Of a stretch of 64,000 bases of DNA, positions 15,985 to 30,200 are shown piece after piece (the first letter of the stretch is position 1; the number at the start of each line of letters is the position of its first letter). The notes below the pieces were generated by a model, which searched no databases, was not told the DNA's origin, and saw nothing but the letters and a program-made list of their open reading frames with translations. The DNA is taken from assembly GCF_009914755.1 (NCBI RefSeq), contig NC_060925.1, one strand, 5' to 3'. Source of the stretch: the human T2T-CHM13v2.0 reference genome, Homo sapiens. The position numbers and the translations under genes were made by a program.

Positions 15985-17292
15985 GAATCTAATGGAATCA
16001 TTGAACAGAATTGAATGGAATCGTCATCGAATGAATTGAATGCAATCATCGAATGGTCTCGAATGGAATCATCTTCTAATGGAAAGGAATGGAATCATCG
16101 CATAGAATCGAATGGAATTATCATCGAATGGAATCGAATGGAATCAACATCAAACGGAAAAAAACAGAATTATCATATGGAATCGAAGAGAATCATCGAA
16201 GGGACCCGAATGGAATCATCTAATGGAATGGAATGGAATAATCCATGGACTCGAATGCAATCATCATCGAATGGAATCGAATGGAATCATCGAATGGACT
16301 CGAATGGAATAATCATTGAACGGAATCGAATGGAATCATCATCGGATGGAAATGAATGGAATCATCATCGAATGGAATCGAATAGAATTATGGAATGAAA
16401 TCCAGTGTGATCATCATCGAATGGACCCGAATGGAATCATCATCCAACGGAAGCTAATGGAATCAACATCGAATGAATCGAATGGAAACACCATCGAATT
16501 GAAACGAATGGAATTATCATGAAATTGAAATGGATGGACTCATCATCGAATGGATTCGAATGGAATCATCGAATAAAATTGATTGAAATCATCATCCAAT
16601 GGAATCGAATGGTATCATTGAATGGAATCGAATGGAATCATCATCAGATGGAAATGAATGGAATCGTCATAGAATGGAATCGAATGGATTCATTGAATGG
16701 AATCAGATGGAATCATCGAATGGACTGGAATGGAATCATTGAATGGACTCGAAAGGGATCATTATTGAATGGAATTGAATGGAATCATCGAATGGTCTCG
16801 ATTGGAATCATTATCAAATGGAATCGAATGGAATCACCGAACAGAATCGAATGGAACAATCATCGAATGGACTCAAATGGAATTATCCTCCAATGGAATC
16901 GAATGGAATTATCGAATGCAATCGAATGGAATTATCGAATGCAATCGAATAGAATCATCGAATGGACTCGAATGGAATCATCGAATGGAATGGAATGGAA
17001 CAGTCAATGAACTCGAATGGAATCATCATTGAATGGAATCGAATGGAATCATCGAGTGGAATCGAATGGAATTATGATCAAATGGAATCGAATGTAATCA
17101 TCATCAAATGGAATCAAAAATAACCATCATCAATTGGTATTGAATGGAATTGTCATCAAATGGAATTCAAAGGAATCATCATCAAATGGAACCGAATGGA
17201 ATCCTCTTTGAATGGAAATGAAAGGGGTCATCATCTAATGGAATCGCATGGAATCATCATCAAATGGAATCGAATGGAATCATCATCAAATG
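15985..17292 (+). repeat. Short 1308-bp unit (unit 10) with one chimeric A/B subunit, 468 bp deleted
   Basis: Anchor spacing 16015 to 17323 is 1308 = 1776-468. A-type markers run to ~16085 and B-type markers start at ~16142. Confidence 0.93.
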
Positions 17293-19073
17293 GAATCTAA
17301 TGGAATCATTGAACAGAATTGAATGGAATCGTCATCGAATGAATTGAATGCAATCATCGAATGGTCTCGAATGGAATCATCTTCTAATGGAAAGGAATGG
17401 AATCATCGCATAGAATCGAATGGAATTATCATCAAATGGAATCGAATGGTATCAACACCAAACGGAAAAAAACGGAATTATCGAATGGAATCGAACAGAA
17501 TCTTCGAACGGACCCGAATGGAATCATCTAATGGAATGGAATGGAATAATCCATGGACTCGAATGCAATCATCATCGAATGGAATGGAATGGAATCATCG
17601 AATGGACTCGAATGGAATAATCATTGAACGGAATCGAATGGAATCATCATCGGATGGAAACGAATGGAATCATCATCGAATGGAAATGAAAGGAGTCATC
17701 ATCTAATGGAATTGCATGGAATCATCATAAAATGGAATCGAATGGAATCAACATCAAATGGAATCAAATGGAATCATTGAACGGAATTGAATGGAATCGT
17801 CATCGAATGAATTGACTGCAATCATCCAATGGTCTCGAATGGAATCATCTTCAAATGGAATGGAATGGAATCATCGCATAGAATCGAATGGAATTATCAT
17901 CGAATGGAATCGAATGGAATCAACATCCAACGGAAAAAAACGGAATTATCGAATGGAATCGAAGAGAATCATCGAATGGACCCGAATGGAATCATCTAAT
18001 GGAATGGAATGGAATAATCCATGGACTCGAATGCAATCATCATCGAATGGAATCGAATGGAATCATCGAATGGACTCGAATGGAATAATCATTGAACGGA
18101 ATCGAATGGAATCATCATCGGATGGAAATGAATGGAATCATCATCGAATGGAATCGAATAGAATTATGGAATGAAATCCAGTGTGATCATCATCGAATGG
18201 ACCCGAATGGAATCATCATCCAACGGAAGCTAATGGAATCAACATCGAATGAATCGAATGGAAACACCATCGAATTGAAACGAATGGAATTATCATGAAA
18301 TTGAAATGGATGGACTCATCATCGAATGGATTCGAATGGAATCATCGAATAAAATTGATTGAAATCATCATCCAATGGAATCGAATGGTATCATTGAATG
18401 GAATCGAATGGAATCATCATCAGATGGAAATGAATGGAATCGTCATAGAATGGAATCGAATGGATTCATTGAATGGAATCAGATGGAATCATCGAATGGA
18501 CTGGAATGGAATCATTGAATGGACTCGAAAGGGATCATGATTGAATGGAATTGAATGGAATCATCGAATGGTCTCGATTGGAATCATTATCAAATGGAAT
18601 CGAATGGAATCACCGAATAGAATCGAATGGAACAATCATCGAATGGACTCAAATGGAATTATCCTCAAATGGAATCGAATGGAATTATCGAATGCAATCG
18701 AATGGAATTATCGAATGCAATCGAATAGAATCATCGAATGGACTCGAATGGAATCATCGAATGGAATCGAATGGAATGGAACAGTCAATGAACTCGAATG
18801 GAATCATCATTGAATGGAATCGAATGGAATCATCGAGTAGAATCGAATGGAATTATGATCAAATGGAATCGAATGTAATCATCATCAAATGGAATCAAAA
18901 ATAACCATCATCAATTGGTATTGAATGGAATTGTCATCAAATGGAATTCAAAGGAATCATCATCAAATGGAACCGAATGGAATCCTCATTGAATGGAAAT
19001 GAAAGGGGTCATCATCTAATGGAATCGCATGGAATCATCATCAAATGGAATCGAATGGAATCATCATCAAATG
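17293..19073 (+). repeat. 1781-bp unit (unit 11) with one extra pentamer
   Basis: Spacing 17323 to 19104 is 1781. The unit reads atggaatcgaatggaatggaacag at ~18761 where the consensus has atggaatggaatggaacag. Confidence 0.9.
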
Positions 19074-22000
19074 GAATCTAATGGAATCATTGAACAGAAT
19101 TGAATGGAATCGTCATCGAATGAATTGAATGCAATCATCGAATGGTCTCGAATGGAATCATCTTCTAATGGAAAGGAATGGAATCATCGCATAGAATCGA
19201 ATGGAATTATCATCGAATGGAATCGAATGGTATCAACACCAAACGGAAAAAAACGGAATTATCGAATGGAATCGAAGAGAATCTTCGAACGGACCCGAAT
19301 GGAATCATCTAATGGAATGGAATGGAATAATCCATGGACTCGAATGCAATCATCATCGAATGGAATCGAATGGAATCATCGAATGGACTCGAATGGAATA
19401 ATCATTGAACGGAATCGAATGGAATCATCATCGGATGGAAACGAATGGAATCATCATCGAATGGAAATGAAAGGAGTCATCATCTAATGGAATTGCATGG
19501 AATCATCATAAAATGGAATCGAATGGAATCAACATCAAATGGAATCAAATGGAATCATTGAACGGAATTGAATGGAATCGTCATCGAATGAATTGACTGC
19601 AATCATCCAATGGTCTCGAATGGAATCATCTTCAAATGGAATGGAATGGAATCATCGCATAGAATCGAATGGAATTATCATCGAATGGAATCGAATGGAA
19701 TCAACATCAAACGGAAAAAAACGGAATTATCGAATGGAATCGAAGAGAATCATCGAATGGACCCGAATGGAATCATCTAATGGAATGGAATTTAATAATC
19801 CATGGACTCGAATGCAATCATCATCGAATGGAATCGAATGGAATCATCGAATGTACTCGAATGGAATAATCATTGAACGGAATCGAATGGAATCATCATC
19901 GGATGGAAATGAATGGAATCATCATCGAATGGAATCGAATAGAATTATGGAATGAAATCCAGTGTGATCATCATCGAATGGACCCGAATGGAATCATCAT
20001 CCAACGGAAGCTAATGGAATCAACATCGAATGAATCAAATGGAAACACCATCGAATTGAAACGAATGGAATTATCATGAAATTGAAATGGATGGACTCAT
20101 CATCGAATGGATTCGAATGGAATCATCGAATAAAATTGATTGAAATCATCATCGAATGGAATCGAATGGTATCATTGAATGGAATCGAATGGAATCATCA
20201 TCAGATGGAAATGAATGGAATCGTCATAGAATGGAATCGAATGGATTCATTGAATGGAATCAGATGGAATCATCGAATGGACTGGAATGGAATCATTGAA
20301 TGGACTCGAAAGGGATCATGATTGAATGGAATTGAATGGAATCATCGAATGGTCTCGATTGGAATCATTATCAAATGGAATCGAATGGAATCACCGAATA
20401 GAATCGAATGGAACAATCATTGAATGGACTCAAATGGAATTATCCTCCAATGGAATCGAATGGAATTATCGAATGCAATCGAATGGAATTATCGAATGCA
20501 ATCGAATAGAATCATCGAATGGACTCGAATGGAATCATCGAATGGAATGGAATGGAACAGTCAATGAACTCGAATGGAATCATCATTGAATGGAATCGAA
20601 TGGAATCATCGAGTGGAATCGAATGGAATTATGATCAAATGGAATCGAATGTAATCATCATCAAATGGAATCAAAAATAACCATCATCAATTGGTATTGA
20701 ATGGAATTGTCATCAAATGGAATTCAAAGGAATCATCGTCAAATGGAACCGAATGGAATCCTCATTGAATGGAAATGAAAGGGTTCATCATCTAATGGAA
20801 TCGCATGGAATCATCATCAAATGGAATCGAATGGAATCATCATCAAATGGAATCTAATGGAATCATTGAACAGAATTGAATGGAATCGTCATCGAATGAA
20901 TTGAATGCAATCATCGAATGGTCTCGAATGGAATCATCTTCTAATGGAAAGGAATGGAATCATCGCATAGAATCGAATGGAATTATCATCGAATGGAATC
21001 GAATGGTATCAACACCAAACGGAAAAAAACGGAATTATCGAATGGAATCGAAGAGAATCTTCGAACGGACCCGAATGGAATCATCTAATGGAATGGAATG
21101 GAATAATCCATGGACTCGAATGCAATCATCATCGAATGGAATCGAATGGAATCATCGAATGGACTCGAATGGAATAATCATTGAACGGAATCGAATGGAA
21201 TCATCATCGGATGGAAACGAATGGAATCATCATCGAATGGAAATGAAAGGAGTCATCATCTAATGGAATTGCATGGAATCATCATAAAATGGAATCGAAT
21301 GGAATCAACCTCAAATGGAATCAAATGGAATCATTGAACGGAATTGAATGGAATCGTCATCGAATGAATTGACTGCAATCATCGAATGGTCTCGAATGGA
21401 ATCATCTTCAAATGGAATGGAATGGAATCATCGCATAGAATCGAATGGAATTATCATCGAATGGAATCGAATGGAATCAACATCAAACGGAAAAAAACGG
21501 AATTATCGAATGGAATCGAAGAGAATCATCGAATGGACCCGAATAGAATCATCTAATGGAATGGAATGGAATAATCCATGGACTCGAATGCAATCATCAT
21601 CGAATGGAATCGAATGGAATCATCGAATGGACTCGAATGGAATAATCATTGAACGGAATCGAATGGAATCATCATCGGATGGAAATGAATGGAATCATCA
21701 TCGAATGGAATCGAATAGAATTATGGAATGAAATCCAGTGTGATCATCATCGAATGGACCCGAATGGAATCATCATCCAACGGAAGCTAATGGAATCAAC
21801 ATCGAATGAATCGAATGGAAACACCATCGAATTGAAACGAATGGAATTATCATGAAATTGAAATGGATGGACTCATCATCGAATGGATTCGAATGGAATC
21901 ATCGAATAAAATTGATTGAAATCATCATCCAATGGAATCGAATGGTATCATTGAATGGAATCGAATGGAATCATCATCAGATGGAAATGAATGGAATCGT

Positions 22001-24401
22001 CATAGAATGGAATCGAATGGATTCATTGAATGGAATCAGATGGAATCATCGAATGGACTGGAATGGAATCATTGAATGGACTCGAAAGGGATCATTATTG
22101 AATGGAATTGAATGGAATCATCGAATGGTCTCGATTGGAATCATTATCAAATGGAATCGAATGGAATCACCGAATAGAATCGAATGGAACAATCATCGAA
22201 TGGACTCAAATGGAATTATCCTCAAATGGAATCGAATGGAATTATCGAATGCAATCGAATGGAATTATCGAATGCAATCGAATAGAATCATCGAATGGAC
22301 TCGAATGGAATCATCGAATGGAATGGAATGGAACAGTCAATGAACTCGAATGGAATCATCATTGAATGGAATCGAATGGAATCATCGAGTGGAATCGAAT
22401 GGAATTATGATCAAATGGAATCGAATGTAATCATCATCAAATGGAATCAAAAATAACCATCATCAATTGCTATTGAATGGAATTGTCATCAAATGGAATT
22501 CAAAGGAATCATCATCAAATGGAACCGAATGGAATCCTCATTGAATGGAAATGAAAGGGGTCATCATCTAATGGAATCGCATGGAATCATCATCAAATGG
22601 AATCGAATGGAATCATCATCAAATGGAATCTAATGGAATCATTGAACAGAATTGAATGGAATCGTCATCGAATGAATTGAATGCAATCATCGAATGGTCT
22701 CGAATGGAATCATCTTCTAATGGAAAGGAATGGAATCATCGCATAGAAGCGAATGGAATTATCATCGAATGGAATCGAATGGTATCAACACCAAACGGAA
22801 AAAAACGGAATTATCGAATGGAATCGAAGAGAATCTTCGAACGGACCCGAATGGAATCATCTAATGGAATGGAATGGAATAATCCATGGACTCGAATGCA
22901 ATCATCATCGAATGGAATCGAATGGAATCATCGAATGGACTCGAATGGAATAATCATTGAACGGAATCGAATGGAATCATCATCGGATGGAAACGAATGG
23001 AATCATCATCGAATGGAAATGAAAGGAGTCATCATCTAATGGAATTGCATGGAATCATCATAAAATGGAATCGAATGGAATCAACATCAAATGGAATCAA
23101 ATGGAATCATTGAACGGAATTGAATGGAATCGTCATCGAATGAATTGACTGCAATCATCGAATGGTCTCGAATGGAATCATCTTCAAATGGAATGGAATG
23201 GAATCATCGCATAGAATCGAATGGAATTATCATCGAATGGAATCGAATGGAATCAACATCAAACGGAAAAAAACGGAATTATCGAATGGAATCGAAGAGA
23301 ATCATCGAATGGACCCGAATGGAATCATCTAATGGAATGGAATGGAATAATCCATGGACTCGAATGCAATCATCATCGAATGGAATCGAATGGAATCATC
23401 GAATGGACTCGAATGGAATAATCATTGAACGGAATCGAATGGAATCATCATCGGATGGAAATGAATGGAATCATCATCGAATGGAATCGAATAGAATTAT
23501 GGAATGAAATCCAGTGTGATCATCATCGAATGGACCCGAATGGAATCATCATCCAACGGAAGCTAATGGAATCAACATCGAATGAATCGAATGGAAACAC
23601 CATCGAATTGAAACGAATGGAATTATTATGAAATTGAAATGGATGGACTCATCATCGAATGGATTCGAATGGAATCATCGAATAAAATTGATTGAAATCA
23701 TCATCCAATGGAATCGAATGGTATCATTGAATGGAATCGAATGGAATCATAATCAGATGGAAATGAATGGAATCGTCATAGAATGGAATCGAATGGATTC
23801 ATTGAATGGAATCAGATGGAATCATCGAATGGACTGGAATGGAATCATTGAATGGAATCGAAAGGGATCATAATTGAATGGAATTGAATGGAATCATCGA
23901 ATGGTCTCGTTTGGAATCATTATCAAATGGAATCGAATGGAATCACCGAATAGAATCGAATGGAACAATCATCGAATGGACTCAAATGGAATTATCCTCC
24001 AATGGAATCGAATGGAATTATCGAATGCAATCGAATGGAATTATCGAATGCAATCGAATAGAATCATCGAATGGACTCGAATGGAATCATCGAATGGAAT
24101 GGAATGGAACAGTCAATGAACTCGAATGGAATCATCATTGAATGGAATCGAATGGAATCATCGAGTGGAATCGAATGGAATTATGATCAAATGGAATCGA
24201 ATGTAATCATCATCAAATGGAATCAAAAATAACCATCATCAATTGCTATTGAATGGAATTGTCATCAAATGGAATTCAAAGGAATCATCATCAAATGGAA
24301 CCGAATGGAATCCTCATTGAATGGAAATGAAAGGGGTCATCATCTAATGGAATCGCATGGAATCATCATCAAATGGAATCGAATGGAATCATCATCAAAT
24401 G

Positions 24402-26176
24402 GAATCTAATGGAATCATTGAACAGAATTGAATGGAATCGTCATCGAATGAATTGAATGCAATCATCGAATGGTCTCGAATGGAATCATCTTCTAATGGA
24501 AAGGAATGGAATCATCGCATAGAATCGAATGGAATTATCATCGAATGGAATCGAATGGTATCAACACCAAACGGAAAAAAACGGAATTATCGAATTGAAT
24601 CGAAGAGAATCTTCGAACGGACCCGAATGGAATCATCTAATGGAATGGAATGGAATAATCCATGGACTCGAATGCAATCATCATCGAATGGAATGGAATG
24701 GAATCATCGAATGGACTCGAATGGAATAATCATTGAACGGAATCGAATGGAATCATCATCGGATGGAAACGAATGGAATCATCATCGAATGGAAATGAAA
24801 GGAGTCATCATCTAATGGAATTGCATGGAATCATCATAAAATGGAATCGAATGGAATCAACATCAAATGGATCAAATGGAATCATTGAACGGAATTGAAT
24901 GGAATCGTCATCGAATGAATTGACTGCAATCATCGAATGGTCTCGAATGGAATCATCTTCAAATGGAATGGAATGGAATCATCGCATAGAATCGAATGGA
25001 ATTATCATCGAATGGAATCGAATGGAATCAACATCAAACGGAAAAAAACGGAATTATCGAATGGAATCGAAGAGAATCATCGAATGGACCCGAATGGAAT
25101 CATCTAATGGAATGGAATGGAATAATCCATGGACTCGAATGCAATCATCATCGAATGGAATCGAATGGAATCATCGAATGGACTCGAATGGAATAATCAT
25201 TGAACGGAATCGAATGGAATCATCATCGGATGGAAATGAATGGAATCATCATCGAATGGAATCGAATAGAATTATGGAATGAAATCCAGTGTGATCATCA
25301 TCGAATGGACCCGAATGGAATCATCATCCAACGGAAGCTAATGGAATCAACATCGAATGAATCGAATGGAAACACCATCGAATTGAAACGAATGGAATTA
25401 TTATGAAATTGAAATGGATGGACTCATCATCGAATGGATTCGAATGGAAACATCGAATAAAATTGATTGAAATCATCATCCAATGGAATCGAATGGTATC
25501 ATTGAATGGAATCGAATGGAATCATCATCAGATGGAAATGAATGGAATCGTCATAGAATGGAATCGAATGGATTCATTGAATGGAATCAGATGGAATCAT
25601 CGAATGGACTGGAATGGAATCATTGAATGGACTCGAAAGGGATCATGATTGAATGGAATTGAATGGAATCATCGAATGGTCTCGATTGGAATCATTATCA
25701 AATGGAATCGAATGGAATCACCGAATAGAATCGAATGGAACAATCATCGAATGGACTCAAATGGAATTATCCTCAAATGGAATCGAATGGAATTATCGAA
25801 TGCAATCGAATGGAATTATCGAATGCAATCGAATAGAATCATCGAAAGGACTCGAATGGAATCATCGAATGGAATGGAATGGAACAGTCAATGAACTCGA
25901 ATGGAATCATCATTGAATGGAATCGAATGGAATCATCGAGTGGAATCGAATGGAATTATGATCAAATGGAATCGAATGTAATCATCATCAAATGGAATCA
26001 AAAATAACCATCATCAATTGGTATTGAATGGAATTGTCATCAAATGGAATTCAAAGGAATCATCATCAAATGGAACCGAATGGAATCCTCATTGAATGGA
26101 AATGAAAGGGGTCATCATCTAATGGAATCGCATGGAATCATCATCAAATGGAATCGAATGGAATCATCATCAAATG
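24402..26176 (+). repeat. 1775-bp unit (unit 15) with a 1-bp deletion, mosaic junction unit
   Basis: A-to-B spacing is 467 (24432 to 24899). It reads caaatggatcaaatgg at ~24864-24879 where the consensus has caaatggaatcaaatgg. Confidence 0.85.
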
Positions 26177-27289
26177 GAATCTAATGGAATCATTGAACAG
26201 AATTGAATGGAATCGTCATCGAATGAATTGAATGCAATCATCGAATGGTCTCGAATGGAATCATCTTCTAATGGAAAGGAATGGAATCATCGCATAGAAT
26301 CGAATGGAATTATCATCAAATGGAATCGAATGGTATCAACACCAAACGGAAAAAAACGGAATTATCGAATGGAATCGAACAGAATCTTCGAACGGACCCG
26401 AATGGAATCATCTAATGGAATGGAATGGAATAATCCATGGACTCGAATGCAATCATCATCGAATGGAATGGAATGGAATCATCGAATGGACTCGAATGGA
26501 ATAATCATTGAACGGAATCGAATGGAATCATCATCGGATGGAAACGAATGGAATCATCATCGAATGGAAATGAAAGGAGTCATCATCTAATGGAATTGCA
26601 TGGAATCATCATAAAATGGAATCGAATGGAATCAACATCAAATGGAATCAAATGGAATCATTGAACGGAATTGAATGGAATCGTCATCGAATGAATTGAC
26701 TGCAATCATCCAATGGTCTCGAATGGAATCATCTTCAAATGGAATGGAATGGAATCATCGCATAGAATCGAATGGAATTATCATCGAATGGAATCGAATG
26801 GAATCAACATCCAACGGAAAAAAACGGAATTATCGAATGGAATCGAAGAGAATCATCGAATGGACCCGAATGGAATCATCTAATGGAATGGAATGGAATA
26901 ATCCATGGACTCGAATGCAATCATCATCGAATGGAATCGAATGGAATCATCGAATGGACTCGAATGGAATCATCGAATGGAATCGAATGGAATGGAACAG
27001 TCAATGAACTCGAATGGAATCATCATTGAATGGAATCGAATGGAATCATCGAGTAGAATCGAATGGAATTATGATCAAATGGAATCGAATGTAATCATCA
27101 TCAAATGGAATCAAAAATAACCATCATCAATTGGTATTGAATGGAATTGTCATCAAATGGAATTCAAAGGAATCATCATCAAATGGAACCGAATGGAATC
27201 CTCATTGAATGGAAATGAAAGGGGTCATCATCTAATGGAATCGCATGGAATCATCATCAAATGGAATCGAATGGAATCATCATCAAATG
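26177..27289 (+). repeat. Truncated 1113-bp unit (unit 16), a copy of unit 11 missing 668 bp
   Basis: Spacing 26207 to 27320 is 1113 = 1781-668. The junction lies within gaatcatcgaatggactcgaatggaat at 26944-26970. Confidence 0.92.
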
Positions 27290-30200
27290 GAATCTAATGG
27301 AATCATTGAACAGAATTGAATGGAATCGTCATCGAATGAATTGAATGCAATCATCGAATGGTCTCGAATGGAATCATCTTCTAATGGAAAGGAATGGAAT
27401 CATCGCATAGAATCGAATGGAATTATCATCGAATGGAATCGAATGGTATCAACACCAAACGGAAAAAAACGGAATTATCGAATGGAATCGAAGAGAATCT
27501 TCGAACGGACCCGAATGGAATCATCTAATGGAATGGAATGGAATAATCCATGGACTCGAATGCAATCATCATCGAATGGAATCGAATGGAATCATCGAAT
27601 GGACTCGAATGGAATAATCATTGAACGGAATCGAATGGAATCATCATCGGATGGAAACGAATGGAATCATCATCGAATGGAAATGAAAGGAGTCATCATC
27701 TAATGGAATTGCATGGAATCATCATAAAATGGAATCGAATGGAATCAACATCAAATGGAATCAAATGGAATCATTGAACGGAATTGAATGGAATCGTCAT
27801 CGAATGAATTGACTGCAATCATCCAATGGTCTCGAATGGAATCATCTTCAAATGGAATGGAATGGAATCATCGCATAGAATCGAATGGAATTATCATCGA
27901 ATGGAATCGAATGGAATCAACATCAAACGGAAAAAAACGGAATTATCGAATGGAATCGAAGAGAATCATCGAATGGACCCGAATGGAATCATCTAATGGA
28001 ATGGAATTTAATAATCCATGGACTCGAATGCAATCATCATCGAATGGAATCGAATGGAATCATCGAATGTACTCGAATGGAATAATCATTGAACGGAATC
28101 GAATGGAATCATCATCGGATGGAAATGAATGGAATCATCATCGAATGGAATCGAATAGAATTATGGAATGAAATCCAGTGTGATCATCATCGAATGGACC
28201 CGAATGGAATCATCATCCAACGGAAGCTAATGGAATCAACATCGAATGAATCAAATGGAAACACCATCGAATTGAAACGAATGGAATTATCATGAAATTG
28301 AAATGGATGGACTCATCATCGAATGGATTCGAATGGAATCATCGAATAAAATTGATTGAAATCATCATCGAATGGAATCGAATGGTATCATTGAATGGAA
28401 TCGAATGGAATCATCATCAGATGGAAATGAATGGAATCGTCATAGAATGGAATCGAATGGATTCATTGAATGGAATCAGATGGAATCATCGAATGGACTG
28501 GAATGGAATCATTGAATGGACTCGAAAGGGATCATGATTGAATGGAATTGAATGGAATCATCGAATGGTCTCGATTGGAATCATTATCAAATGGAATCGA
28601 ATGGAATCACCGAATAGAATCGAATGGAACAATCATTGAATGGACTCAAATGGAATTATCCTCCAATGGAATCGAATGGAATTATCGAATGCAATCGAAT
28701 GGAATTATCGAATGCAATCGAATAGAATCATCGAATGGACTCGAATGGAATCATCGAATGGAATGGAATGGAACAGTCAATGAACTCGAATGGAATCATC
28801 ATTGAATGGAATCGAATGGAATCATCGAGTGGAATCGAATGGAATTATGATCAAATGGAATCGAATGTAATCATCATCAAATGGAATCAAAAATAACCAT
28901 CATCAATTGGTATTGAATGGAATTGTCATCAAATGGAATTCAAAGGAATCATCGTCAAATGGAACCGAATGGAATCCTCATTGAATGGAAATGAAAGGGT
29001 TCATCATCTAATGGAATCGCATGGAATCATCATCAAATGGAATCGAATGGAATCATCATCAAATGGAATCTAATGGAATCATTGAACAGAATTGAATGGA
29101 ATCGTCATCGAATGAATTGAATGCAATCATCGAATGGTCTCGAATGGAATCATCTTCTAATGGAAAGGAATGGAATCATCGCATAGAATCGAATGGAATT
29201 ATCATCGAATGGAATCGAATGGTATCAACACCAAACGGAAAAAAACGGAATTATCGAATGGAATCGAAGAGAATCTTCGAACGGACCCGAATGGAATCAT
29301 CTAATGGAATGGAATGGAATAATCCATGGACTCGAATGCAATCATCATCGAATGGAATCGAATGGAATCATCGAATGGACTCGAATGGAATAATCATTGA
29401 ACGGAATCGAATGGAATCATCATCGGATGGAAACGAATGGAATCATCATCGAATGGAAATGAAAGGAGTCATCATCTAATGGAATTGCATGGAATCATCA
29501 TAAAATGGAATCGAATGGAATCAACATCAAATGGAATCAAATGGAATCATTGAACGGAATTGAATGGAATCGTCATCGAATGAATTGACTGCAATCATCG
29601 AATGGTCTCGAATGGAATCATCTTCAAATGGAATGGAATGGAATCATCGCATAGAATCGAATGGAATTATCATCGAATGGAATCGAATGGAATCAACATC
29701 AAACGGAAAAAAACGGAATTATCGAATGGAATCGAAGAGAATCATCGAATGGACCCGAATAGAATCATCTAATGGAATGGAATGGAATAATCCATGGACT
29801 CGAATGCAATCATCATCGAATGGAATCGAATGGAATCATCGAATGGACTCGAATGGAATAATCATTGAACGGAATCGAATGGAATCATCATCGGATGGAA
29901 ATGAATGGAATCATCATCGAATGGAATCGAATAGAATTATGGAATGAAATCCAGTGTGATCATCATCGAATGGACCCGAATGGAATCATCATCCAACGGA
30001 AGCTAATGGAATCAACATCGAATGAATCGAATGGAAACACCATCGAATTGAAACGAATGGAATTATCATGAAATTGAAATGGATGGACTCATCATCGAAT
30101 GGATTCGAATGGAATCATCGAATAAAATTGATTGAAATCATCATCCAATGGAATCGAATGGTATCATTGAATGGAATCGAATGGAATCATCATCAGATGG

